64,000 bases of DNA from Lama glama (GCA_028534125.1 CM052818.1:22074001-22138000), one strand, 5' to 3'; shown: positions 13,544 to 42,300, numbered from the stretch's first letter. Numbers and translations: made by a program. The notes: a model not told the origin generated them from the letters alone.

Positions 13544-13670
13544 GTGTTGGAGGGTGCAGCTCAGTGGTAGAGTCCGTGCTTAGCATGCACAAGGTCCTGG
13601 GTTCAATCACCAAGTACTTCCATTAAAATAAATAAATGTGTAAATAAAACAATTACCCTACCCCCAGAAA
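13544..13670 (+). mobile_element. tRNA-derived SINE, camelid Vic-1 type
   Basis: GGAGGGTGCAGCTCAGTGGTAGAG (A box)...GGTCCTGGGTTCAATC (B box), then an AT-rich (AAAT)n tail and ATTACC-C-rich end. Confidence 0.85.
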
Positions 13671-15777
13671 AAGAATATTTAAAAAAAATACTTTTATGTT
13701 TTCCCAGGCTCTGGACAGCTTGCACTATAAGGTTATTTTCTTCCATTTAATCAAATACCCAGGACCTGGCATGATCACCAAGTTTTCAAGTTCCTGTAAG
13801 TTATTAAGCAAGCTTTATATTGCACATTGTTTTTCCTAGTACAGTTTATTTCTCAGGTCTGCAGTGTGTCTGCTCTGTACACTTTTTCCTGTGTCTTTGA
13901 ACATAATTTTCATTCAGTGTTTGTCCTTCTGACAACCAATATTTGCGGAGTTTTCTGTAAGTGAAAGTAGCATTTCTTGAAGTGTGGTCGAACTAAATAG
14001 CTGCAGGGGGTACAAAATCATGGTAATTTATTGCTTTGCTGTTGTACAATCATGCACATGAGTGTTTCCATTAGACATGTATCGTGCTTTCAGGCCTGAG
14101 GGCTTTACAAAGCCCACATTATGCTGCCTTAGTACAAATAAAATGGCTGCATCAGCAAATTCAAAATAGGCACTTACCTCTTTTTTTTTTTTTTCAACCT
14201 GAAAAAAAGAAACATCAGGTCCAGGTAGAACAAAAACATTTAACCAACTTCAGACTTACTGCCCCTGCACATTTGTTCGGATGATGGTTGGCCCCTGGGA
14301 TCCATGTTTAGAGAATTCTCTTGAAAGTAACCTCACCAGCCCTGCCCCTGGGTGTGCACTTGCTGAGACTCTACCCATTAGTTATTTGTTTTTGTAGCTG
14401 CTTCCCCAAGAACTTGAGCTCTCCCAGTGGTCCGCAGACCCACCTGTTAGAACAGCCTAGAACCAGCAGGTGGCCAGTGTCACTGAATGGCTCAGTGGGC
14501 ACATCACCTGTCCCCCTTTCCAAGTCATGTTTTTTCTGAGACGTATGTTTCATGTGCACTGAAGGTTTCCTCACACACACATCTTCATAGCAGATCAGAG
14601 ATGCCACTTGGTAGGTAGCTCAGAGCTAGGTTATTGGGGGTTGAAGCCCAAGAAGTCCTTCAAAACCTGTGTGCCACGTGAAAGCATTTCCACATTTGCC
14701 GTCAGGAAGAGGAGGCGGGCTCTCAAATGTGATGGAATCAGATAACCTCAGGCTGAGCGCAAGCACAGTGAGTAGAATGGACAAAAAACAAGCTTCATTT
14801 TTACCATGGGGCCGGAGAGCTTTTTAGCAGTTTGGGAAAACAAGGAACACCTCCAATTTTACAAAGACCATCACACAAACGACAAAAGTGAGCACTATTA
14901 TATGAAAGCTGGGAACTGTTATCCAGCCTTCGAGTTGCTGTGTGTTTAAAAATCTCAACTCACTGCTTAAAACATTGTTTTAATTATTAGCTGCTAACAC
15001 CACATGAGCGGCTGTTTCTGGGCCGCCACCAGAAAGCGCACTATGCTCCACCTGCCCGCCTCCTCCCTTGCCCCAGCTGCCTTGGGCGGACCGTCTGATG
15101 GGGATACAGGATGTTGCTCTATGCCCCAGTGACTTAAGAAGAACCAATCATTTTACCAAAAACAAGTGACAGATGACTTGAGATTTGAACTACCTAGTTT
15201 AGACTATTTGCCAATAAGGATGCTTTCTTTCAGGCATGAGCATTGGGTATATTTTTCAAATAAGCACAGATCAGCCAGCAAGATGCTTCCTCACTCCTGC
15301 ATCCCGGGCCTTTGATCTCTTCCTCAGAGCCTGCTTGGTGCTCCAGACCCATGACTGGGCCCAGAGGAGAGTGGCTCAAGGCAGCTGTGCTCAACTCCGC
15401 CAAGTGACTTATTTCCGTCTCAGTAGAACCCCCTAGCTCCAGGTCTGTAGTTAACACTTGGATTTGGGGTAGATTTAAATATCACTGCTGCTAGCTGTTT
15501 AATCTGGGATCAAAACAAGAAGAAAGTGGAAGAAAAGAAAAAAGCAAATGCAAGATCTACCTCTGTGAGCCTGACCAGGGAGATCAGCTTGACCAAGGGC
15601 AGGAGTGAGTCTTAAATAATCTTTATAGGAATGAAAGCAATTAAAAAAAATCACATCAGGAAATAACTTGAGTCAATATAGGTAATTATTTTCTGCTTAA
15701 TTAAAATTTCCCTGTCAATAGCATAACTTGAAATTGGAGGGCTTAAAATGCAAATTTCAAAACCTTTACCTTTTGAT

Positions 15778-15996
15778 CAAGGGTCTGCAAACTACAGCCT
15801 CGGGCCAAATCCAGCGTGTTGCCTGTTCTCATAAATAATGTTTCACTGGAACACAGCCATACTACCCGTACTTTGCAGTTGTCTGTGGCACTTTCACACT
15901 GTGACAGTCGACTTGAGTAGTTGCAACAGAGACTATGCCTGCAAAAATTAAAATATTTACTATCTGACCCCTAATGGGAAAGATTTGCAATCCCTG
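15778..15996. mobile_element. MER58A-like hAT-Charlie MITE
   Basis: TIRs CAAGGGTCTGCAAACT...GATTTGCAATCCCTG; 8-bp TSD CTTTTGAT at 15770-15777 and 17200-17207 (second copy displaced by an L1). Confidence 0.85.
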
Positions 15997-15997
15997 C

Positions 15998-17189
15998 TTT
16001 TTTTTTTTGATGTATAGTTGATTTACAATATTGTGTTAGTTTCAGGTGTACAGCAAAGTGATTCAGTTGTCTTTATTTTCAAATTATTTTCCATTATCAG
16101 TTATTATAAGATATTGAATATAGTTCCCTGTGCTATACAGTAAATCCTTGCTGCTTATCTATTTTATGTTTAGTAATTTGTACCTGTTAATCCCATACTC
16201 CTAATTTATCCTTCCCTCCCACACTTCCCCTTTGGCAACCAGAAATTTGTTTTCTGTGTCTGTGAATCTGCTTCTGTTTTATATACAGATTCATTTGTAT
16301 TATTTTTTAGATTCCACATCTAAGTGATACATAATATTTGTCTTTCTCTTGCTGATTTACTTCGCTTAGTATGATATTCTCTAGGTCTATTCATGTTGCT
16401 GCAAATGGCAGTATTTCTTTTTTATGGCTGAGTAGTATTCCATTGTATATATACTACCACATCTTAAACCAGTCATCTGTTGATGGGCACTTCAGTTTTT
16501 TCCATGTCTTGACTGTTGTAAATTGTACTGCTGTGAACACTGGGGTGCATGTGTCATTTTGAATTAGAATTTTTGTCTTTTCTGGATATACGCCCAGGAG
16601 TGGGATTGCTGGATCATATGGTAGCTCTATTTTCAGCTTTTTAAGGAATCTTCATACTGTTCTCCATAGTGGCTGCACCAATTTACATTCCTACCAACAG
16701 TGTGGGAGGGTTCCCTTTTCTCCACACCCTCTCCAGCATTTGTTATTTGTAGACTTTTTGATGATGGCCATTCTGACTGGTGTGAGGTGCTACCGCATTG
16801 TGGTTTTGATTTGCATTTCTCTAATAAATAGTGATGTTGAGCTTCTTTTCACGTAACCGTTAGCCTTCTGTATGTCTTCTCTGGAGAAACTACTATTTAG
16901 ATCTTCTGCTTATTTTTTGATTGGGTTGTTTGTTTTTCTGATATTGAATTATATGAGTTATTTGTGTATTTTGGATATTAATCCCCTGTCAGTTGCATCA
17001 TTTGCAAATATTTTCTCTCATTCTGTAGGTTTTCATTATGTTGATGGTTTCCTTTGCTATGCAAAGTCTTTTCAGTTTGATTAGATTCCATGTGTTTATT
17101 TCTGCTTTTAGTTCTTTTGCTTTGGGAGACTGACCTAAGAAAATACTGCTGTGATTTATGTCAGAGAATGTTTTGCCTATGTTCTCTTC
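15998..17189 (-). mobile_element. 5'-truncated L1 (ORF2 C-terminus plus 3'UTR)
   Basis: Poly-T, L1 3'UTR and ORF2 remnants (ENIGKTFSDINHSSIFLGQSPKA...). TSD about 15 bp: gcaatccctgctttt (15987) / gcactccttgctttt (17190). Confidence 0.9.
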
Positions 17190-17279
17190 GCACTCCTTGC
17201 TTTTGATAATTACACAGAAATAGATCTCTATCCCTGTAATGCAGGGAGGGCTTACTGAACTGTATGCATGCCTCTGGAA

Positions 17280-17395
17280 CAATGGTTCTTCACCCTGGCC
17301 TCACGTGCTCTAGGGAGCATTTTTTTAAAAAAGACCAGTGGAATCAATCTCTGGAGGTGGGTCCACATTGGCCTCTCCAGGGTGAAGAACCACTG
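17280..17395. mobile_element. Short MER5-family hAT MITE
   Basis: Inverted termini CAATGGTTCTTCACCCTGG / CCAGGGTGAAGAACCACTG; degenerate 8-bp TSD ctctggaa / ctctagga. Confidence 0.75.
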
Positions 17396-17814
17396 CTCTA
17401 GGAAAAAAAAGAAAAAGAAAAAGCAGTGGTGCTGCTGGAGTTTCCACATCTCTCCTGCCTTGGCACTTTGCCCTTTGTTCCTTGGCCCCTCAGCCCACTG
17501 AGTTATTAGAGTCCTTTGCAGACTGAGTGGTTGTAACTCTCATGAAGTCATGTGATGTACCTCAGTGGCTGTCAGCCCTCACTGCACGTTGGAATCACTG
17601 GGGAGTTAAAGAAAAAATCCTGGTCTTTGCCCTTCTCTCTTCTCCACTTAGGCCTTGAAGCCACTAGGAGACCACAGAGCAGGTAGGGGTGTGAGTGGGA
17701 GCGAGGGAGCTGTGGTGGGCCAGAGTAGGGTGAAAGGGCCTCTCTGCAGACTTGGGGACAGCTTGGACTTGGGAGTTAGAGTTAGCAGGGATCCACACAG
17801 GAGAAGGCACTCAG

Positions 17815-18740
17815 TGTAGATGGGAGATTGGTTAATGTACAGGGATTAACCAAATGAGTGAAAAGATTAAGGTTAATGGAAGCCAGGTTTCTTACAATTG
17901 GAGGAGAGTTATAATTACAAAAAGGAGGAAAACCAGAGTCAGTTCGTGGTGGTAGATTGGAACTGGATGAATCAGTGTGGAGAAAATATATATACACTTA
18001 TATATATGTTTATATATATATAACTTGGACAGGTGTGTTTATGTGTGTGCAGATATACATACACACATAAAGATATACATGTGTTTATAGTTCCTAGCTT
18101 TGTCCACTAAGAGGACCAGGGGGCAGTGATGCCCCAGTAGCAATGGGCATGCTTATCACTCAGATCTTGGCTTCTAAATACCATTTTCCACTGAAAGGAA
18201 CCAAAATTCTTTAGAGAAATGTCTGCTTCCACGACTAGGGGTGGGAAAGTACAAGATGAGCCTGAAGCACCTTGTTGTGAAAGTGTTCAGAGAATGATAG
18301 GGACATGGCAAAAGAGCGGGGAAGCTACCTTGAATGGGCTCTCATGGCCAAATCAGGGACCATTTGAGCATCAAAATTAATGAAAGTAAAAGATTATAAC
18401 CCACTGAATAAAATAGGAAACCACAAGTTTATATTGATATAAATTTAAAAACTAATAAATGGAAAGTTTGATAAGGAACAGGCCATTTATACAGTTTCAA
18501 AATAACCTGCCTACAAATGCTTATTAATAACAAGAGGAGGAAAAATCATTGACTGTGGAGAAGCCTGGCAGGCACCCCTTTGATCAAGTGATTCAAGTTA
18601 ACACCAATTCGGGACAAAGTGAAGTCATGTGCCACTGACAGGAGACAATGAGAAGAGTTCATCCCTTCTGTGATGCTCCTGCCAAAGGTGTGTGACCTGA
18701 ATTTAATTGTGAAAATAAATCAGACAAACCATCACACAGT
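17815..18740 (+). mobile_element. Ancient L1M (L1MC/MD-type) 3'UTR fragment with an internal (TA)n tract
   Basis: Motifs such as ccccagtagcaatg...cagatcttggcttctaaataccatt...aaaggaacca and gtggagaagcctggcag resemble the L1MC/MD 3' end. Confidence 0.65.
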
Positions 18741-18769
18741 AGCCCTGTGAGTTTTCTTAGCAAACTGAA

Positions 18770-18910
18770 TTAGTCTGTGCCTCAGTTTCTTCATCTATAA
18801 AATAGGATACTGCCCACCACAAAGGACTGTTCTAACAAAATTGAATGATGTCATCCACATAAATAAGTGTTTTGCACTGTACCTGGTGCAGAGCAGTTGC
18901 TCAATAACTT
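18770..18910. mobile_element. MIR SINE remnant (similar fragments near 21350, 22480, 43750, 47310, 52140, 56250)
   Basis: MIR core tctgtgcctcagtttcttcatctataaaatagg...tacctggtgcagagcagttgctcaataa. Confidence 0.7.
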
Positions 18911-19255
18911 TTTAATTGTACAGTTTGGCTTTGCGGGCCCATGACCCCACATGAAAAGAAGGGATGTCATCCTGCTGGTACGTTTTAGGTCATTTTCTGT
19001 GTTGAGAGTGGTTCAGCACAGTTTGGGAGCCCTAGAAGATGAGGCCAAATATTCTACTAGCTGTTATGTTATTGTACCTGCAAAGTCTAATGACTCAATT
19101 CATACCTAATTTTTTCCCATCTTGTATTAGCTGGCTATACAAATATACATCAAAAAGAAATAAATTAGCGACATTATAGGTAACCCCAAGTATGGTTTTC
19201 ACATTCCCAGTAATCGCGAGCTCCGGCCAATGATCAGAAATCCCCTTTGACTGTC

Positions 19256-19261
19256 TTTATT
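19256..19261 (-). terminator. Candidate ABCG8 poly(A) signal
   Basis: TTTATT on + (AATAAA on -), 170 nt after the stop codon. Confidence 0.6.
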
Positions 19262-19430
19262 CTACTGCCATCCTGTGGCCGGCCTGTGCCACTGCAGCAC
19301 TGTGGGCCAGATACAGCTGAGCTCTGTTCTCACTGTCCTTGTGCCAGGGAAGAGGCTCCTTGGGAGGAAGGGAGGGCAGTTGAAGGGCCTTCTCAAGACC
19401 CACACAGGCAGGTAGGGGTCTGGGTGTGAA

Positions 19431-35890
<16,460 letters not shown>

Positions 35891-36247
35891 GGGGCCCAGC
35901 AGTGTCTGCGCCCTGTTGCTGCAGCTTCCTTTGGATTTAGCTGCTGCCTGCCAGCGCCAGTGTTCTTTTCCCCAGGGCTGGGCAACCTCTGGTCCGTCTC
36001 CCAGCATTCCTCTCTGGCAGACCCTCCTACAAACACGGGATCTGAGATAACACACACACTCTGGCTAAAGGTACATCAGATAATGGCATTCACGGCCAAC
36101 CCCGGTCCTGCCACTGGGCAGACCTGAGGAGGGGCTCCAGGACCAGGAGAGGAGCAGGCGGGGAGAGTCTGCTGCTGGCACTTCAGCTGAGGCCACTCCA
36201 GGGAGGGTCAGGCCAGAAGATTCACCTGCCCTTGCTGCCTGTTGGCC
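35891..36247. promoter_or_regulatory. ABCG5/ABCG8 bidirectional promoter (357 bp between start codons)
   Basis: Divergent ATGs at 35890(-) and 36248(+). Two AGATAA GATA boxes (36045-36050, 36078-36083) flank a DR1/HNF4-like TGGCTAAAGGTACA (36062-36075). This fits the known HNF4A/GATA4/6 regulation of this promoter. Confidence 0.9.
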
Positions 36248-36393
36248 ATGAGCGAGCTCCCGTTCTCCACCCCTGCCGGGATCTCGGCGAGCCGAGTAAA
36301 CAGGGGCTCCCCGTGCCCCCTAGAGGAGGTTTCCACGTCTGCTGCGAACCCTCCGCACAGCCTGGGCATCCTCCACACCTCCTACAGTGTCAG
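36248..36393 (+). CDS. ABCG5: ABCG5 exon 1 (coding part)
   Basis: gcc[15 protein letters not shown]...[14 protein letters not shown]|gtaagg. Confidence 0.94.
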
Positions 36394-39300
36394 GTAAGGC
36401 CATGCCTCTTTCACCGGCTGAGAGCTTTGGGCTGTGATCCGGGACAGGCGTGGCCCGCGGTAAGGGGGCCTCCCTCCCCTCTGCAGGCTTTCCTCACTCG
36501 TGGGGTTGGGCACGCACGCACGGAGGCTGGGGCTCCCTCTGGTGGACGGACGTGGGGAGAGGGGAAGGGCTGCCAGAGGGAAGTGGGGAGCCTCGGTGAG
36601 CGGCCCCTCCTCCTGCCCACAGCGGGACCTGGAAGCTCGGGTGACACGTGACGCTGTGCTCTGCCTCATGCCCCTGCTTTGTGCCCTTTCCCCTCCCGTC
36701 TCCCTGGGCTGCAGCCTGCCCTCTGTGAATGGAGAGGGCCTGGGGAATGGGGGTGCTGGGAACACGAGGTGTAATGAAACCAGGTGAAGGAACGCAGGGT
36801 CAACCAAAGAATAAACAGTGTCCTGTTTGCCATCCACCAGCTGGCCAGAGAGAGCTGGCATTCAGAGCAGCTGCTTGACAGGTGCTTTACATAGATGATG
36901 ATCTGTCACTACCTGCCAGGGTCTACAGAGGACACTGAGGCTGAAACACACTTAGGAACCTGTCCAGAGTCCACCCGGGCTGAGCAGAGCTAGGATCAGT
37001 GCTGGGGGACAGGGGTCTGTCCCACCCCTTCCAGAACCCCACGCTGCCTTTCCCCTCTCGGGGTTTCCTTTAAAGCCATCGCGTGGGGCCCTGGTGGGAC
37101 GTCGCATCTCACCAACAGAAATGGACCAGGCAGATCCTTAAAGATGTCTCCTTGTACGTCGAGAGCGGACAGATCATGTGCATCCTAGGGAGCTCAGGTA
37201 AGCTGGGAAGGTGTTCTTTAAATTCTCTATGAAGAGAATGTGTTGTGGCTGGATTTGAATACCACATTGCAGAGACAGGTTTCAGTTGTATCAAGAAGGG
37301 CGCAAGTCTATTATCAGGGTTAAATCTGATGACGTGTCTATGACTGGAACCTTGTACTCATGTGAAATATTTGGAAAGATCCATGAAAGATTAAAATCTT
37401 GCCCAACATGTAAGTTCATTCATATTTCAAAAGTACCCATCACACGTGGCATATAGGGGTGCTAGGTAAACACGATTTTCCTACCTGGAGACAGGAAAAG
37501 GAATTAAATAAGCAGAAGATGCCCATTTAGTCCCACAGTCATTGGTCTTTTTTTTTTTTTTAATGTACTTCAAACACACAGGCAAGAATAAAGAATAATA
37601 TAAAGAGTGTTCATGTATTAATATCTGGCTTTATCAGATCTCAACATTATACCATATTTGTTTTAGATCCTTTTTAAAAAGGGGGAATTAAATATTGCAG
37701 ATTTCACTGAGGCTGTCTCTGTGCCCAGTCCCCACCTCGTCCTCCTCTTTCCTTGTAGCAGCAAGTCATTGCCCAGGGAGGGTGTAGCCTCCAGAGGGGC
37801 AGCCCCGTGTGGCTGGGGCAGCACCCTATGAGGGTCACAGCTGTGTGTCCTCAGCATGGTTGGGGGGGAGTTGCATTGTCCCTGAAGAGGGGATTCATGT
37901 GACACATCACAGGGTCCACTACCCTAGGTTATCCTGCACATTTTAAGGTTGAAAGATTTGGGCAGATTGGCTTCTCAGGAGCCTTTTGAGATCTTGCTTG
38001 ACGCTTCTTGCCACTCTCCACTTGCCTCACTCGCTTTAGTAGAAGTGGGCAGCGGAAGTCTCTGATGGAAGTCAAGCATGATCAGTCTCTTTCGATCCAG
38101 GGAGTTAAATCCATAGCCACTCCCCTGCTACAGCAGGTGGACAACTCGGTGGCAACAGTAGTGCTAAGATGAAAAGAAAAGGAATTCACTGACAAGAATG
38201 GTTATGCTTTCCTGAGATTTCCTGTCTTTTCCTGCCTCTAGTTTTTAATTGTTTCTAACTGTATGCATGTACCATAAAATCCAGGGTCATCTAAATTTCT
38301 TTTTGATAATTATACCACACTTCTTTAAAAAGAAAAAAGCTGACTTATTCCTATAATAATGCGTCACTCGTTGCCTTCCTTGTGGAGGATAAAAAAGGTG
38401 GCATGTGGCCCAACAAGAAAGTGAACCCATCTTCTCAGAAGTGTGTCCCACAGGCCAGTGTCACGCCTCATGCACGTCCCAGCTGGACAGTGGATGGGGC
38501 TCCCTGTTCTAGGGGCTCGTGGGCTGGTTTCTGATGATACCTTATTGTGGTTTTATCACAGTGTCCATCCTTTTACACTGAACATGAATTCACAGTAGAC
38601 TGAATTCCATGAGGGTGGGAGATTGGTCTTTCTTTTTTTCCCTGCTGTGTCCTCAACAGTTAGAACAGGGCTGGCCACAGAGTAGGTGCTCAGTAAATAT
38701 TTGTTGAGTTAATGCGTGAGCAAATGAACTGATCCTATGAATTATTCTTAGTGTTTCATGAAATGATGTGACTTCATTGGTGTCTTACTTAAAGCAGGGT
38801 TGTTCATCAGATCTTTTATTAGGGAGGCCAAAGATGACTTAGGTGTTCAAAGTCTCACTAGAGAATGGTTTAATGAAAGCGTGCCTGTGGTCAGCCAACC
38901 CTCCAGGGGAAGGTAATTTTATTTGACCCATTATTTTCCATCATCTAGGATCTAGACTCTAGGCTGCATGCTCTCTTACAGAAGACTCTTTGGTTACAGA
39001 TGATTTCTGTCCTTTTAGAGAAGATAAGCCCAAAGTTTATCATGGTTTTATTGCACTATCAGGCGTTAACTGTTTTTCCCCTTTTTCTCTTTTTTTTTCA
39101 TTGTGGTAAAATACACTTAATGTTAAATTTGCCATCTTAACCATCTTATTTTTTATTTTTATTGAAGTATAGTTGATTTACAATGTTGTATTTCAGGCGG
39201 ACAGCAAAGATTCAGTTACATGTATATTATATATATACACACAGACACATATATAGATACATACACACATATATAGTATATATTCTTTTTCAGATTCTTT

Positions 39301-42300
39301 TCCATTGTAGGTTATTACAAGATAGTGAATACAGTTCCCTGTGCTGTACAGTAGGACCTTGTTGTATATCGATTTTATATGTAGTAGTTAATATCTGTTA
39401 ATCCCAAACTCCTAGTTTATCCCCCTCCTCTCCCTCTGGTAACTGTAAGTTTGTTTTCTATTCTGTGAGTATGTTTTCTGTTTTGTAAATAAGTTCATTT
39501 GTATCATTTTTTAAAGATGTCACATATAAGTGATATCATGTGATATTTGTCTTTNNNNNNNNNNNNNNNNNNNNNNNNNNNNNNNNNNNNNNNNNNNNNN
39601 NNNNNNNNNNNNNNNNNNNNNNNNNNNNNNNNNNNNNNNNNNNNNNNNNNNNNNNNNNNNNNNNNNNNNNNNNNNNNNNNNNNNNNNNNNNNNNNNNNNN
39701 NNNNNNNNNNNNNNNNNNNNNNNNNNNNNNNNNNNNNNNNNNNNNNNNNNNNNNNNNNNNNNNNNNNNNNNNNNNNNNNNNNNNNNNNNNNNNNNNNNNN
39801 NNNNNNNNNNNNNNNNNNNNNNNNNNNNNNNNNNNNNNNNNNNNNNNNNNNNNNNNNNNNNNNNNNNNNNNNNNNNNNNNNNNNNNNNNNNNNNNNNNNN
39901 NNNNNNNNNNNNNNNNNNNNNNNNNNNNNNNNNNNNNNNNNNNNNNNNNNNNNNNNNNNNNNNNNNNNNNNNNNNNNNNNNNNNNNNNNNNNNNNNNNNN
40001 NNNNNNNNNNNNNNNNNNNNNNNNNNNNNNNNNNNNNNNNNNNNNNNNNNNNNNTTCTGCTGCTTTTTGGGGCTTTTTGTTCTTCTTTTTCTAATTGATT
40101 CAGGTGGTGGGTTAACTTGTTTATTTGAGATTGTTCTTCTTTTTTGAGGAAGGCCTGTATCGCTATAAACTTCCCTCTTAGCACTGCCTTTGCTGTGTCA
40201 TGTCTTAGCTATTATAAATAGCTATTATAAATATTATAAATATAAGCTGCTGTGAACCTTGGGGTGCATGTATCTTTTCGAATTAGCGTTTTTGTCTTTT
40301 TTTGGATATATGCCCAGGAGTGGGATTGCTAGATTATATGGTAACTCTGTTTTTAGCTTTTATAACGAATCTCCATACTGTCTTCCATAGTGGCTGCACT
40401 AATTTACATTCTTGTCAACAGTGTAGGAGGGTTCGCTTTTCTCTACCCCTCTCCAGCATTTATTGTTTGTGGACTTTTTAGTGATGGCCATTCTGACTGA
40501 GAATTCATTATGAGGCCATTCATTATGAGGTGATACTTCATTGTAGTTTCGATTTGCACTTCTCTAATAATTAGCAATGTTGAGCATCTTTTCATGCGCC
40601 TGTTGGCCATCTGGTTGTCTTCTTTGGAGAAATGTCTATTTCAGTTTTCTGCCCATTTTTGGATTGGGTTGTTTGTTTGATATTGAGCTGTATGAGCTGT
40701 TTATATATTTTGGAAATTAACCCTTTGTTGGTTGCATCATTTGCAAATATTTTCTCCCATTCCATAGGTTGTCTTTTCTTTTTGACAGCAGTTTCCTTTG
40801 CTGTGCAAAAGCTTATAAGTTTGATTAGGTCCCATTTGTTTATTTTTGCTTTTATTTCTTTTGCCTTGGGAGATTGACATAAGAAAATATAGCTATGATA
40901 TATGTCAGAGAATATTTTGCCTACGTTCTTTTCTAGGAGTTTTCTATGTCATGTCTTATATTTAAGGCTTTAAGCCATTTGAGTTTATTTTAGTGGTATT
41001 GAACACATTCACATACTTGGGCAACCATCACAGCCCTTTTCATCTTGTAAAACTGAAACTATTCCTAGTAAATAACTCCCCTTCTGCCCCTTCACAGCCC
41101 CTGGCAACTACCATTACACTTTCTGTCCTTACGATTTTGACTAGTCTGAGTACCTCATGTAAATGGACTCACACAGTATTTGTCTTTTTGTGACTGGCTG
41201 ATTTCACTTACCATAATGTCTTGAGTGTTCATTCATGTTGCAGCATACTGCAGAATTTCCTTCATTTTTAAGGCTGAATAATATTCCATCGTATGTATAG
41301 ACCATAGTTTGCTTATTCATTCAGCTATGAATGGACACTGCAATTGCTTCCACATTTTAGTTACTGTGAATAATGCTGTTTAGAACAAAGGTATGCAAAT
41401 GTCTCTTCAAGACTCTGTTTTCGATTCTTTTGGGTATATATCCAGAACAAGTCAGAGCTGGACCATGGGTCCAGGGAGGGTGTTGGGAAGTTCCTGTGAG
41501 GCCTCGTGGAGGTCCTCCTCCAGGGCCTTCTCTTGTCGCCTCCCAGGCTCAGGGAAGACCACGCTGCTGGATGCCATGTCCGGGAGGCTGCGGCGCACGG
41601 GGACCTTGCTTGGGGAGGTGTTCGTGAATGGCCGGGTGCTGCGCAGGGAGCAGTTCCAGGACTGCTTCTCCTACGTCCTGCAGGTGGGTGCATCCTGGAC
41701 CCCCGCCCCCCCTCACCCTGCCTGCCCATGTGGCCAGCTGGGGGCTTAGTGATGCTGACACGTCCGTCCCCCACAGAGCGACACTCTGCTGAGCAGCCTC
41801 ACCGTCCGTGAGACGCTGTGCTACACGGCGCTGCTGGCTATCCGCGGAGGCTCCCAGGGCTTCTTCCAGAAGAAGGTGGGTGCCGCCCCGGGGCCACCCC
41901 GCAGGGGCTCTGCGCCCCCTGTTCCCTCCACTTGTCCATTCCTCCCCTTTACTCTTCACCCTTTTTTAAAGAGTCCAGACTTGCACTGTCCACTATGGCA
42001 GCCACTAGTCACATGTAGTTTGGGGACACTTAAAACGTGGCTAGACCTAGTTGAAATGTGCTGTGAGTGTAAGATACAGTCCAGATTTTAGAAACTTAAT
42101 CTGGAACCACAGACTGAAATATCTCATTAATAATTTTTAAAATATTGATTATTCATCTAAATGATAATATTTTGACTGTATTGGTTAAATAAATTATACC
42201 ATTAAAAATCATTTCACCTGCTTTTTACTTTCTAAAATGTGACCACTATAATATTTAAATTCTATCTGTGACTTGCATTGTATTTCTATTGAGTGTCCTG

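Noticed and set aside
13549..13620. tRNA-Ala-like sequence
   Set aside because: The acceptor stem is broken and it is followed by a SINE-type AT-rich tail, so it is a SINE head rather than a tRNA gene.
39504..40184. Long ORFs of 183-226 aa in the ORF track
   Set aside because: They read through the 500-N gap; only the flanking L1 ORF2 residues are real.
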